Origin: an uncultured Alphaproteobacteria bacterium
Lineage (GTDB): Bacteria; Pseudomonadota; Alphaproteobacteria; RF32; CAG-239
Direction of reading: 5' to 3'
DNA: 64,000 bases
Assembly: GCA_944391515.1 (NCBI GenBank)
Contig: CALXTW010000001.1
Coordinates: 1,378-65,377 of the forward strand
Shown in pieces: positions 20,654-30,874 of the stretch. The notes beneath the pieces are model-generated. The model ran no database searches, was not told the origin of the DNA, and saw only the letters and a program-made list of their open reading frames with translations. Every line of letters begins with the position of its first letter. Positions within the stretch are counted from its first letter, which is position 1. The position numbers and the translations under genes were made by a program.

Positions 20654-22189
20654 ATGACACAAAAACCTGTTATGTTACTTATTTTGGACGGTTGGGGTTA
20701 TCGCCGTCCGATTACGCCTGATAATGCCATTGAAAACGGCAATACACCTAATTGGCACCAATATTTGGAAGAATATCCGCATAGCTTAATTGAAACTTAT
20801 GGTCTGGCTGTTGGCCTTCCTGAAGGGCAGATGGGTAACTCTGAAGTCGGACACATGAATTTGGGTGCCGGTCGTGTCGTTATGCAAGATTTGCCGAGAA
20901 TCGACCAAGCCATTAAAGACGGTAGTATTGCTCAAAATCCGGTACTCAATGAATTAATTGATGATTTGCATAAAAATTCTAAAACCTGCCATGTTATGGG
21001 TTTGATGTCTCCGGGTGGTGTTCACTCCTCAATGGATCATATTGTGGCTTTGTGCAAAGTTTTGTCTGAAAAAGGTATTAAGGTTGATGTTCATGCCTTT
21101 TTGGACGGGCGTGATACGCCTCCTGCTTCAGCTAAAGAATATTTGGCTGAATTTGAAAAAGAAATCAGCTCCTTTAAGGGCGTTAAAATTGCTACAATTT
21201 CAGGACGCTTTTATGCTATGGACCGCGATAAACGTTGGGACAGAGTTGAGGCTGCCTACAATGCAATTGCTTTGGCTGAAGGAAAGCATGCTCAAACCAC
21301 TGATGAAGCTATCACAAACTCTTATAACGAAAAAGTTACCGATGAATTTGTTTTGCCTTGCGTTATCGGCGACTACAAAGGATTTGCCGACGGCGATGCC
21401 GTTTTGATGTGCAACTTCAGAGCCGACAGAGCCCGCGAAATTCTTTATGCTTTGGCTGATAAAGAATTTAACGGCTTTGAACGCAAAAAGACTATTCAAC
21501 TTTCTATGGCAGTCGGTATGACCGAATATTCGGTTGACCATAACCGCTTTATGAAAACAATGTTTGGCCCCGAAGCTCTTAAAAATATTTTCGGTGAAGT
21601 TATTTCCGAACATGGATTAACCCAACTGCGTATTGCCGAAACCGAAAAATATGCTCACGTCACCTTCTTCTTTAACGGCGGTGAAGAAAAAGAATTCAAA
21701 GGCGAGAGCAGAATCCTCATTCCTAGCCCAAAAGTCGCAACTTATGACCTCAAACCGGAAATGAGTGTTTATGAAGTTACCGATAATTTAGTTGATGCTA
21801 TCGAAAACAAAAAATTCGACGTCATCATCTGCAACTTTGCTAACGGCGATATGGTCGGACATACCGGCAAAATGGATGCCGTTTTGAAAGCTGTAGCCGC
21901 AGTTGATGAGTGCTTAGGACGCGTGGTTAAAGCCATTAAAGATGTTGATGGTGTTTTGCTTGTTACTGCTGACCATGGCAATGCCGAAAAAATGGTTGAT
22001 GAAGTAACCGGTGAACCTTACACCGCGCATACGGTCGGAAAAGTTCAAGCCATTTTGGTTAACGGACCAAAAGACATTACGGCTATGCGTGATGGTCGTT
22101 TGGCTGATATTGCACCGACTTTACTCGAATTGCTCGGAATTGTAAAACCTGCCGAGATGAACGGAAACTCTTTGTTGATTAAGAAATAA
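20654..22189 (+). CDS. gpmI: 2,3-bisphosphoglycerate-independent phosphoglycerate mutase
   Basis: MLLILDGWGYR, GNSEVGHMNLGAGR, TADHGNAE motifs. 511 aa. Confidence 0.9.
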   Translation: MTQKPVMLLILDGWGYRRPITPDNAIENGNTPNWHQYLEEYPHSLIETYGLAVGLPEGQMGNSEVGHMNLGAGRVVMQDLPRIDQAIKDGSIAQNPVLNELIDDLHKNSKTCHVMGLMSPGGVHSSMDHIVALCKVLSEKGIKVDVHAFLDGRDTPPASAKEYLAEFEKEISSFKGVKIATISGRFYAMDRDKRWDRVEAAYNAIALAEGKHAQTTDEAITNSYNEKVTDEFVLPCVIGDYKGFADGDAVLMCNFRADRAREILYALADKEFNGFERKKTIQLSMAVGMTEYSVDHNRFMKTMFGPEALKNIFGEVISEHGLTQLRIAETEKYAHVTFFFNGGEEKEFKGESRILIPSPKVATYDLKPEMSVYEVTDNLVDAIENKKFDVIICNFANGDMVGHTGKMDAVLKAVAAVDECLGRVVKAIKDVDGVLLVTADHGNAEKMVDEVTGEPYTAHTVGKVQAILVNGPKDITAMRDGRLADIAPTLLELLGIVKPAEMNGNSLLIKK

Positions 22190-22195
22190 AACCTT

Positions 22196-23458
22196 ATGAA
22201 ACTTTGGCGACTGAATAAACTTATTTTAGCAAGCATAGGGGCTTTTGCCCTTATGCTTGAGGTCGCTAATGCGCAAAAAGTTTCCTCTAAAGATTTGGAA
22301 AAAGTCGAAAAACAAGTTAAAGAGCAAAATCTTGAGCATCAACGCCTCAAAGAACAAGCATCGCAAATCAGCAAAGAGCTGAAACAAGTTAATCAGCAAA
22401 TGATTAAGTCTGCCAAAATGATTCAATATCGCGAGGAATCCCTCTCCAAAATGGAGGCCGAACTTGAGGAATTGACGGCTAACTTACAGAAAGCCGAAGA
22501 AACGTTTTTGGCTGAAGATGAAAACTTAATCAAGACCTTGTCGGCATTGCAAAACTTGGCCTTAAAACCTACCGAATCTCTGTTTGTGCAACCACTTAGC
22601 CCGGTGGAGATTATTCGCAGCGCCATGTTGTTGCGCGAAACAGTGCCTTATTTGGAAGAAAATGCCAACAATATCAGAAAAGATTTGGAAAGTTTGCAAG
22701 CCAAAAAGAAACAAATTGAAAAGCAGGTTTCAAGAATTACTAAACAAAAACTAAAGCTTGAAAAAGAACACGAAGAAATGAAAGTTTTGGTGCAGAAAAA
22801 ATCAAAACTTAGAAATGTGGTAGAAGTTAAAAGCGAAAAAGCTAAAAAACGTGTTCAAGCCCTTGCTTCTCAAGCTCAAGACTTGCGCGACTTACTCAAT
22901 AAACTTGAAAAAGAACGTCAGGAAAAACTTCGTCGTCAGGAAGAAGAGCGCAGACGTTTGGCTGCTCTGGAAGAACAAAGAAGAAAAGAAGCTTTGGAAA
23001 ATCAAAAGCGTGAACAGGTGCAAACTGCTGACTTGATTAAATTTAATCCTGAGGTTATAAGTGAAATTGGTGATAATTTTGTGAAAGCTAAAGGCAAACT
23101 TTCGCGTCCGGCAAGAGGAAGTATCGTGACCGCTTACGGACAAGAAACAGCCAAAGGCGTCAGCTCAAAAGGTATTATTATTAAAACCAGACCTAAGGCT
23201 CAGGTTATTGCTCCGTTTGACGGCTCAGTCTTGTTTGCCGGTCCTTTCAGAGGATATGGTAATCTTATTATTATTGAACACGGTAAAGGCTATACTTCGC
23301 TCTTGGCCGGTTTGGATTCAATAGACTGTGACGTCGGACAAATGCTGTTGGCCGGAGAACCTATCGGTTTGATGCCTGAAGAGGATGATGCCAGACTTTA
23401 TATGGAACTCAGAAACAAAAATCACCCGATTAACCCGATATCGTGGTTTGCTAATTAA
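22196..23458 (+). CDS. M23-family peptidase / murein hydrolase activator (EnvC-like) with a long coiled coil
   Basis: Signal peptide. Extended coiled-coil region. C-terminal LytM domain (GIIIKT...APFDGSVLFAG...GNLIIIEHG). Synteny gpmI-envC-ctpA. Confidence 0.8.
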   Translation: MKLWRLNKLILASIGAFALMLEVANAQKVSSKDLEKVEKQVKEQNLEHQRLKEQASQISKELKQVNQQMIKSAKMIQYREESLSKMEAELEELTANLQKAEETFLAEDENLIKTLSALQNLALKPTESLFVQPLSPVEIIRSAMLLRETVPYLEENANNIRKDLESLQAKKKQIEKQVSRITKQKLKLEKEHEEMKVLVQKKSKLRNVVEVKSEKAKKRVQALASQAQDLRDLLNKLEKERQEKLRRQEEERRRLAALEEQRRKEALENQKREQVQTADLIKFNPEVISEIGDNFVKAKGKLSRPARGSIVTAYGQETAKGVSSKGIIIKTRPKAQVIAPFDGSVLFAGPFRGYGNLIIIEHGKGYTSLLAGLDSIDCDVGQMLLAGEPIGLMPEEDDARLYMELRNKNHPINPISWFAN

Positions 23459-23469
23459 AGGATTGTGTT

Positions 23470-24783
23470 ATGCGGAATAAAATTTCTTTTGCTGTTTTGT
23501 TAATGTTAGGGTTTGTTTGGACTGCGCCTATGGCTGATGCCGCTAAAAAGGCTAAAGAACAAACTGACGATGTTGATACATACGAAATGCTCAACTTATT
23601 TGGTGAAGTTATGGAAAGAGCTAAGGTTTCGTATGTAGATGAAGTTTCTGATAAAAAATTAATTGAATCCGCAATTAACGGTATGTTGTCTGCTCTTGAC
23701 CCGCATTCAAGCTTTTTAGATGCCCAAAGCTTTAAGTATATGAGTGAGCAAACCCAAGGAAAATTCGGCGGTCTCGGTATTGAAGTTACCATGGAAGGCG
23801 GATTAGTAAAAGTTGTTTCGCCGATTGATGATACTCCAGCCTCAAAAGCAGGTATTAAACCCGGAGATTACATCACAAATATTGATGATGAAGCCGTTAT
23901 GGGTATGTCTCTTAATGACGCTGTTGATAAAATGCGCGGAAAAGTCGGCACAAAAGTTAAACTCACCATCCGTAGAATTAACGAAAAACCTTTGGAAATT
24001 ACCCTCAAACGTGAAGAAATTAAAATTCAATCGGTTAAAAACGATATAAAGGCTGATGATGTTGTTTATATTCGTATTTCATCATTCAGTGATGATGTTG
24101 ATAAAATGACTGAAAAAGCCGTTAAAGATGCTCAAAAGAAATTAGGCAAAAAACTCAAAGGTATTGTGATTGATGTTAGAAACAACCCCGGTGGTTTGCT
24201 TGACCAAGCGGTTAATGTTTCTGATTTATTCCTTGATAAAGGAGAAATTGTTTCTACCCGTTCCAGAAACGAAGAAGATACCGTTAAATATAGCGCCAAA
24301 AAAGGTGATATTGCTCAAGGTTTGCCAATTGTGGTTTTGATTAATGATGGTTCGGCATCTGCCTCAGAAATCGTTGCCGGCGCTTTACAAGACCATAAAA
24401 GAGCCATTATTTTGGGTGAAAAATCATTCGGTAAAGGTTCAGTACAAACCGTTATTCCGCTCGGCGACTATGGAGCTATGCGTTTGACCACCGCCAGATA
24501 TTACACCCCTTCGGGGCGCTCTATTCAGGCTAAGGGTATTGAACCTGATGTTGAGGTTAAACCAGCTAAAGTCGAAGTTATTGATACAGGAGCGGCTTTC
24601 AGTGAAGCAGAATTCAGTAATGCTTTGAAAAATGAAAATGATACGGCTAAGAGCACAAAAGACGCTGCTAAACAAAAGAAAGAAGCTGAAGAATTGGCTA
24701 AAGATTACCAACTCTCTAGAGCAATTGATTTGGTAAAAGCTTTGAATTTGTATAAAACAGGTTTAGAAGACGAAGGAAAGTAA
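23470..24783 (+). CDS. ctpA: Carboxy-terminal processing protease (S41)
   Basis: Signal peptide. PDZ region (GGLGIEV...GIKPGD). S41 catalytic region GSASASEIVAGALQD...GEKSFGKGSVQ. Confidence 0.85.
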   Translation: MRNKISFAVLLMLGFVWTAPMADAAKKAKEQTDDVDTYEMLNLFGEVMERAKVSYVDEVSDKKLIESAINGMLSALDPHSSFLDAQSFKYMSEQTQGKFGGLGIEVTMEGGLVKVVSPIDDTPASKAGIKPGDYITNIDDEAVMGMSLNDAVDKMRGKVGTKVKLTIRRINEKPLEITLKREEIKIQSVKNDIKADDVVYIRISSFSDDVDKMTEKAVKDAQKKLGKKLKGIVIDVRNNPGGLLDQAVNVSDLFLDKGEIVSTRSRNEEDTVKYSAKKGDIAQGLPIVVLINDGSASASEIVAGALQDHKRAIILGEKSFGKGSVQTVIPLGDYGAMRLTTARYYTPSGRSIQAKGIEPDVEVKPAKVEVIDTGAAFSEAEFSNALKNENDTAKSTKDAAKQKKEAEELAKDYQLSRAIDLVKALNLYKTGLEDEGK

Positions 24784-24784
24784 T

Positions 24785-25957
24785 TTGCTCAAAAAACTTA
24801 ATGCAATAAAAGTTCTGATACTCGTTGGCTTGCTGACAATTGCGGGATTGGTCGCTATCGGTTATTTTTCTGCCAGCAAAAAAAGTGAGCCTAAGTATCG
24901 GTCTAAAATTGAGCAAATTATTTATGATACAAAAAATAAATCTCCTAAATATGTTCTGACTTTGCCGGACAGAAACCCTAAGGCAAAAAAGGAAGAAGTT
25001 GAAAAAGTAGCTATTCAAAACAATGAGGTTACAAAAAAAGAAGAAGAAAAAGTTGACCCTTTGCAAGAGGCTATGAAAAATTTGCCGCATTTAACAGCTT
25101 TGGGTAAGGCTCAAAATAAAAATCCTCTGAAGTTTGTGGAACCTAATCCGGATTTGGTTGAAGAGAAAGGAGAGCTTTATCTTCCCAAAACAGACGGAAA
25201 ACAAAAGCCATGGGAAGTTTATGGCAAAAAAGTCAATATCATGCCGCAATTTTTCAAAGTAGCCGTAGTGGTTAAAAATTATGGCGTTAATCAGGCTAAT
25301 GCAACACTTATTGCCGATGGGCTGCCTGATGAAGTTAGTTTTTCATTTTCGCCTTATGCTTTGAATATTAAAGATCAAGTGAAATATGCCAGAAGCAAAG
25401 GTCATGAAACTTATATGGACTTTTTGCTCCCGTCCAAAGATTATTTGAAGTCAGACAGCGGTCCTTTATCGATGAGTTTGACCGAGAGTTTGGCTGAAAA
25501 TCTCAATCGGTTGTTAAAGACAATCGGCGGAAATTTTGCTATCGGCGGAATGGTTGTTTCCCAAGGAATTGCTGATGACAGTAATGTTGAACAACTCTCA
25601 GCCTTGTTTGAAGAGCTACAAAAAAGAGGCTTACTCATGCTTGATGCCAGCGGAGAAGATTTTATCAGCAATATGAAAATTGATAATCTTGCAAAATTAA
25701 AAGCCGACGTTTTGGTAGATAACGATTTTAGCCGTGCCGGTTTAGAAAAGAAATTAACAGAGGCTGAAAATATCGCCCGTGAGAGGGGAAGAGTGCTTAT
25801 TGTGGTTGAACCCAAGCCTTCGGCTGTTTTAGCTCTCAGCGATTGGATTAAGAGCTTTTCTCCGCAACTTTCTTACGAGCAAATGAAAGAGCAAAATATA
25901 ACCGAAATTGAAAAACCTTTTGCTCTGGTCCCTATTTCTAATTTGGTAGTGGAATAA
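24785..25957 (+). CDS. Divergent polysaccharide deacetylase family protein (YibQ-like), TTG start
   Basis: N-terminal TM helix. VAVVVKNYGVN...SFSPYA...GHETYMDF matches the YibQ/DUF610 pattern. Synteny after envC/ctpA. Confidence 0.65.
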   Translation: MLKKLNAIKVLILVGLLTIAGLVAIGYFSASKKSEPKYRSKIEQIIYDTKNKSPKYVLTLPDRNPKAKKEEVEKVAIQNNEVTKKEEEKVDPLQEAMKNLPHLTALGKAQNKNPLKFVEPNPDLVEEKGELYLPKTDGKQKPWEVYGKKVNIMPQFFKVAVVVKNYGVNQANATLIADGLPDEVSFSFSPYALNIKDQVKYARSKGHETYMDFLLPSKDYLKSDSGPLSMSLTESLAENLNRLLKTIGGNFAIGGMVVSQGIADDSNVEQLSALFEELQKRGLLMLDASGEDFISNMKIDNLAKLKADVLVDNDFSRAGLEKKLTEAENIARERGRVLIVVEPKPSAVLALSDWIKSFSPQLSYEQMKEQNITEIEKPFALVPISNLVVE

Positions 25958-26448
25958 TGGAACAACATTTTAGAAAAAATGCAGGTGTGGTTGTTTTTAA
26001 TGCACAAAAAAAAGTTTTGATGTGTCGTAGAATTGTCCCTCAAACAGATGGTTGGCAATTTCCTCAAGGAGGAATCGAAGCGAGAGAAACACCTCTACAA
26101 GCTGCTCAAAGAGAATTGTTTGAAGAAACTTCTATTGAATCCATCGTGGCGGTTAAAACGCTTGATTATGCCTTACGTTATGAATTTCCGGAAAGCGTTA
26201 AGCAAAAATTTCGCGCAAGAGGAATTGTAAGTGACGGACAAGATCAATATTGGTCATTATTCTATTTTACCGGTAAAGACAGCGAAATTAACCTTCACAC
26301 AGCTGAGCCTGAATTTGATGAATTTGCTTGGAAAGATATTGAAGAAGCGCCCGACTTGGTTTGGGAGGTAAAAAAAGACGTCTATACCAAAATGGTAAAA
26401 GAATTTAAACCGATTATTGATAGTTTTGATGTAAAAAAGCCTCTTTGA
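25957..26448 (+). CDS. rppH: RNA pyrophosphohydrolase (Nudix)
   Basis: Nudix box GGIEARETPLQAAQRELFEETSI. 163 aa. Confidence 0.8.
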   Translation: MEQHFRKNAGVVVFNAQKKVLMCRRIVPQTDGWQFPQGGIEARETPLQAAQRELFEETSIESIVAVKTLDYALRYEFPESVKQKFRARGIVSDGQDQYWSLFYFTGKDSEINLHTAEPEFDEFAWKDIEEAPDLVWEVKKDVYTKMVKEFKPIIDSFDVKKPL

Positions 26449-26463
26449 AAAGAGGCTTTTGTT

Positions 26464-27057
26464 TTAGAGAAGTTTGCGTGAGTTTAGGGCTAATTGGATT
26501 GTTCCTTCGTCCATATAATCCAATTCCGCACCCATCGGAATACCTTGGGCAAGTGTGGTTACTTTGACATTGCTGTCTTTGAGCTTTGAAACCAGATAGT
26601 GTGAGGTGATTTGACCGTCAACCGTTGCCGGAAGTGCTAAAATAACTTCCTTGATATCTTCTTTGCTCAAGCGGTAGAGCAAGCTTTCAATATTCAAATC
26701 CTCAGGGGCAACCCCATCTAAAGCCGATAAAACGCCACCTAAGACATGGTATTTTCCCTTAAAGAAAGATACTCTCTCCATAGCCCATAAATCGGCTACA
26801 TCTTGCACCACGCAAATTTGCTGAGCATCTCTTTTATCTGATGCACAGATTGAGCAAGGGTTTGTGGTATCAAAATTGCCACAAATTTCACAAGTTGTTA
26901 CGCGAGAGGCAACCTCATTTAAGCTCTCTATTAACGGCAGCAACAAGGTTTCCCTCTTTTTTAGAAGGTGCAAGACAATTCGTCTTGATGAACGAGTGCC
27001 AAGAGAAGGAAGTTTGGCTACCTGCTTGATGAGTTTTTCGATTTCTTTTCCGGCCAA
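26464..27057 (-). CDS. recR: Recombination protein RecR
   Basis: LPSLGTRSSRRI HhH. C4 zinc finger CEICGNFDTTNPCSICASDKRD. Toprim ICVVQDVADL. Confidence 0.9.
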   Translation of the reverse strand: MAGKEIEKLIKQVAKLPSLGTRSSRRIVLHLLKKRETLLLPLIESLNEVASRVTTCEICGNFDTTNPCSICASDKRDAQQICVVQDVADLWAMERVSFFKGKYHVLGGVLSALDGVAPEDLNIESLLYRLSKEDIKEVILALPATVDGQITSHYLVSKLKDSNVKVTTLAQGIPMGAELDYMDEGTIQLALNSRKLL

Positions 27058-27069
27058 GGTCGTCGCCTC

Positions 27070-27390
27070 CTAAAAAGGAAGTTTAATTCCGCCCAAATTT
27101 AGCCCGCCAGTTACGTCTTTCATGCCTTCGCTCATCGCTGTATCAACTTTGGCATGAGCATCGTTGTAGGCCGCTAAAATCAGGTCTTCAAGGATATCGA
27201 CTTCTTCAGGTACCAAGAGCGATTTGTCAAGCTCTACCTTTTTGGCCTCAAATTTACCGTTTAGCGTGATTTTTACCAAGCCACCGCCGCTGGTGCCGGT
27301 GATTTCTTGTTGCGCTAATTTGGCTTGAGCTTCTTCCATTTTCTTTTGCATCATTTGCGCTTGTTTCATTATACCTTGAATATTCATCAT
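27070..27390 (-). CDS. ybaB: Nucleoid-associated protein YbaB/EbfC
   Basis: MQKKMEEAQAKLAQQEITGTSGGGLVKITLNG. 106 aa. Between dnaX and recR. Confidence 0.85.
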   Translation of the reverse strand: MMNIQGIMKQAQMMQKKMEEAQAKLAQQEITGTSGGGLVKITLNGKFEAKKVELDKSLLVPEEVDILEDLILAAYNDAHAKVDTAMSEGMKDVTGGLNLGGIKLPF

Positions 27391-29117
27391 TGTTCGTTAT
27401 CCTCGTCATATATTATTTCTGAAGTTTCTCCGCCAAAGAAGCTTGAGCCTTCTTCGTCATCTTCTTCGGCTATTTTGCGGGTCGCGGTTTCGATTTTTGC
27501 GCCCTTAAATTCTGCCATAATCGCTTTAACTAACGGGTATTCCATTATGTTGCGTTTTTCTTCCTCTTCGGCGGCTTTTTCCATATCGGCCAAAGTTACA
27601 CCTAAGGCTCCTCGAGCCATTTCAATCTTCCAAGTCAAACCGGTGGCTTGGGTCAATATCTTGTGCAAGTTCAGGATAAAATCAGGGTGAATTTTATCTG
27701 AGGCCGTCATTTTGATATAGCCACTCTTAAACTCTGATATAGAGACATCATTTTTCAAAGCATATTCGGCCAAAGGCATCTTATGCTCTTCCAAATAATT
27801 TAAGAGGTCTGAAATTTGATTAAAAGTCAGAAAACTGCTATCGGCGGTATTTGGTTCAGGCTCTGCCGCCAAAGCATGATTAAAAACCGGCGGCGGGGTG
27901 GTCTGAGGTTCGGCTTGTGAAACTTGCGGGCGGAAATTGCCTAAATTAGAGTTTTTTTTTACGTCGTTTAATAGCTCATATGGTGTCGGTAATGATGCCG
28001 AATAAGCCACGCGAATTAATATCATTTCAAGGGCGTCTATTTGCACCGGAGCAGCTTGAAGTTCGCTCAAGCCTTTTATCATCATTTGCCAGATTTTGGA
28101 GAGAATCGCTATTGAAACCTTCGAATTTAGTCTTTGGCAAAAGTCTTTTTCGGTTTCGCTTAAGGACGAATCGTTAATAAAACTCGGTATCAATTTGGTT
28201 TTGGCCAACAAGTGGGTAATATTTATCAAATCTTGCAATAAAGAAGTTGGGTTGGCACCATTTTGATACTGGGTTTGAAGTTTGAGCAGGCTCTCTTTGG
28301 TGTCCCCGCTAATCAGACTTTCAAACAATTCAAAAGTTTGATTGCGGTCAGCTAAACCTATCATCTCTTTAACAATATCGGTTTTGATTACCCCTGCTCC
28401 CAAAGAAATGGCTTGGTCAAGCAAAGACAAGCTATCTCGCGCTGAGCCATCAGCTGCTTTGGCTATCATATGCAGAGCCTCATCTTCGGCTTTGAGGTTT
28501 TCGGCGGCAATGATTTTGTTAAAGAGTTTGAGCAAATCCTCAATTGTCAAGCGTTGCAGGTCAAATCTTTGGCAGCGTGACAAAACAGTGACCGGAACTT
28601 TGCGTATCTCGGTCGTGGCAAAGATAAATTTGACATGCGAAGGTGGCTCTTCAAGCGTTTTTAACAGAGCGTTAAATGCATTTTTGGAGAGCATGTGGAC
28701 TTCGTCGATGATATATATTTTGTAACGCGCATTGGTTGGCTTATATCTGACACCATCCAAAATCTCACGAATATCATCAACACCTGTACGAGAGGCCGCA
28801 TCCAATTCCATAACATCAATATGTCTGCCGGCGGCAATGGCTTTGCAGTTTTCACAAACACCACAAGGATGTATGGTTGGGCCACCTTTGCCGTCTAATC
28901 CCGTGCAGTTCAGGGCTTTGGCAATAAGTCTGGCGGTTGTGGTTTTACCAACACCGCGGATTCCGGTTAAAATGTAGGCATGGTGCAGACGATTGTTTTT
29001 AATGGCATTGGTCAGGGTTTGAACCAAAGCATCTTGTCCCAGCAAGTCTTCAAACGTTTGCGGGCGGTACTTACGGGCTAAAACCACATATTGATTTTCG
29101 TTATTTTCTTCTGCCAT
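27387..29117 (-). CDS. dnaX: DNA polymerase III subunits gamma/tau
   Basis: Walker A GIRGVGKTTTARLIAKALNC. Zn module CGVCENC. DEVHMLS box. 576 aa. Confidence 0.9.
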   Translation of the reverse strand: MAEENNENQYVVLARKYRPQTFEDLLGQDALVQTLTNAIKNNRLHHAYILTGIRGVGKTTTARLIAKALNCTGLDGKGGPTIHPCGVCENCKAIAAGRHIDVMELDAASRTGVDDIREILDGVRYKPTNARYKIYIIDEVHMLSKNAFNALLKTLEEPPSHVKFIFATTEIRKVPVTVLSRCQRFDLQRLTIEDLLKLFNKIIAAENLKAEDEALHMIAKAADGSARDSLSLLDQAISLGAGVIKTDIVKEMIGLADRNQTFELFESLISGDTKESLLKLQTQYQNGANPTSLLQDLINITHLLAKTKLIPSFINDSSLSETEKDFCQRLNSKVSIAILSKIWQMMIKGLSELQAAPVQIDALEMILIRVAYSASLPTPYELLNDVKKNSNLGNFRPQVSQAEPQTTPPPVFNHALAAEPEPNTADSSFLTFNQISDLLNYLEEHKMPLAEYALKNDVSISEFKSGYIKMTASDKIHPDFILNLHKILTQATGLTWKIEMARGALGVTLADMEKAAEEEEKRNIMEYPLVKAIMAEFKGAKIETATRKIAEEDDEEGSSFFGGETSEIIYDEDNEQ

Positions 29118-29137
29118 TAAATTATCTTCTTTAATTT

Positions 29138-29236
29138 GAGGTGGAGGACGAATGACCTTAACCTTATTCGTTACGGCTGCTTCCTTCCGGACCTGACCGG
29201 GTTGGCGAAGGGCTAACCCAACGTCCTCCTTTAGAC
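29138..29236 (-). ncRNA. ffs: Signal recognition particle RNA (4.5S/SRP RNA)
   Basis: Minus-strand sequence ACCCGGUCAGGUCCGGAAGGAAGCAGCC matches the universally conserved SRP RNA domain IV motif. It is enclosed by a long closing stem (ggaggacg/cgtcctcc). A local GC island. The classic position immediately upstream of dnaX. Confidence 0.75.
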
Positions 29237-29330
29237 TTTACATTATAGAAAAGTACAAATTTTACTTGGTTTAATATCGTCGATATTCCCCTTTTTTTCA
29301 AGGAAAAAATCATCTATCAACACCGCTTTT

Positions 29331-30803
29331 CTAATCTGAAATTACGATATTTAATTTCTCTAAACCTTGTTTGACGATTTCTTTTTCTTTATCGCTCGGA
29401 ACATAGTCTAAGGGTTGATTTTCAAGACTTAGCGGATAACCATAGATTAAGGTTTGGGCTGTCGAAGTATCTTTACCAAAGATTTTAGGAGCAACGTACC
29501 CCGGCTCTAAGACTATGTTGCCGCTGTTCTCGTTTGAAGAAAGAGAGAATTGTTTCGGAGCTTCGTTAATGATGAAGTTACCATCAGAGCGGACTTCAAC
29601 AATGTCTAAACTATGTTGGTTTTGACCGTTTTCTAGTAAGCGAAAAGCACCATTGATGCCCACATAGCCGTCTTTATCGGTGATAGCGGTATTAAGATCG
29701 GCGGATGGTGTTTGTGAAAGGGCGGAGGCTAAGGCCACTGCATCATAGCCCATGGAGTAAAGGCTACTTGGGCGTTCACCGAAAATTTCGGTATATTTTT
29801 CTATGAAATAACCACTGTGTGAGCGTGACAAAGCCGGAAACCAGCTGCCGCGCATGGTGGATTCTTTATTCAAAATCGTGTTTTCCCATACGCTAGTGCC
29901 GATAAATTTTACTTGCGGGGCATAGACGTCATAATAGCCAAACATTGAGACCGCCGCTTTGAGGCTTGCGCCGCTTTCTGGAATTAAGACAGCATCAAAA
30001 TCGACATCGCCTAAGGTGTCGGTTTTGTTGAGGCGTTCAAGAACTCTGGCGGCTCCGGCGTCACCCTGGCTCATTTTAGTTTTGAGGCTGTTTTTAAGAC
30101 GTTGCAGGCGTGATGTACGGGTATCGTAGTCCGACAATTTACGAGTGATAGAGGCAAAATCGGTTGTGCCCGGCGTATAGAAGCCGATACGGGTGATGGA
30201 AACACCGTTTTTTTGAGCGGATTTTACCGCAGCACGGGCCACCGCTACACCGGTATTATTATCGGGAATAAGCAAGGCAAAACGTGAACGTCCGTTTTGT
30301 GCCGTATAAGTAACTATTCGGTCAACTTGCTCTTCTACCATCAAGCCTAAAGTATAAACCTCAGGCTGCAAAACACTTGATACCGTACTGAAAGCAATGA
30401 CCGGAATGTCATGAGAGCGCGTTTCTTCAGAAATGGCTTGAACAGATGAACTCTTCAACGGGCCAATTATCAGCCGGCTGCTTTGGTTAATAGCATTGGT
30501 AATGGCAACGCGTGCGCCTTCGGGCGTGCCTTTGGTGTCGTAGTACTGCAAGACAAGTTTAGGATTGCGGACATCTTCCAAGGCTATCATGGTGGCATTT
30601 TTAAGTCCTTGTCCTTGTTTGGCAGCCGTGCCACTGAGAGGCAACAAAACCCCTACCCTGAATTTATCATCTCCGCCGAAATTAACTTCACTGATTTCGG
30701 TGTTGGAATCGCTTACTCCGCCTTCCATACTCACATTGGTACTTTGGCAGCCGCTTAAAACTAAAAAGCCCAGCAAAAAACTTATTTTTTTTAACACTTG
30801 CAA
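29331..30803 (-). CDS. Penicillin-binding protein activator LpoA-like lipoprotein (periplasmic-binding-protein fold)
   Basis: Lipobox LVLSGCQ. Type-I PBP-like domain. Divergent from rsmI and next to yraN, i.e. the enterobacterial yraL/yraM(lpoA)/yraN synteny. Confidence 0.55.
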   Translation of the reverse strand: MQVLKKISFLLGFLVLSGCQSTNVSMEGGVSDSNTEISEVNFGGDDKFRVGVLLPLSGTAAKQGQGLKNATMIALEDVRNPKLVLQYYDTKGTPEGARVAITNAINQSSRLIIGPLKSSSVQAISEETRSHDIPVIAFSTVSSVLQPEVYTLGLMVEEQVDRIVTYTAQNGRSRFALLIPDNNTGVAVARAAVKSAQKNGVSITRIGFYTPGTTDFASITRKLSDYDTRTSRLQRLKNSLKTKMSQGDAGAARVLERLNKTDTLGDVDFDAVLIPESGASLKAAVSMFGYYDVYAPQVKFIGTSVWENTILNKESTMRGSWFPALSRSHSGYFIEKYTEIFGERPSSLYSMGYDAVALASALSQTPSADLNTAITDKDGYVGINGAFRLLENGQNQHSLDIVEVRSDGNFIINEAPKQFSLSSNENSGNIVLEPGYVAPKIFGKDTSTAQTLIYGYPLSLENQPLDYVPSDKEKEIVKQGLEKLNIVISD

Positions 30804-30874
30804 TTTATCCTAAAATAGAAAATCATATAGCCTGAAGTTAGCTTAATTTTCTTTGTTTGTAAAGTGATAGAATA

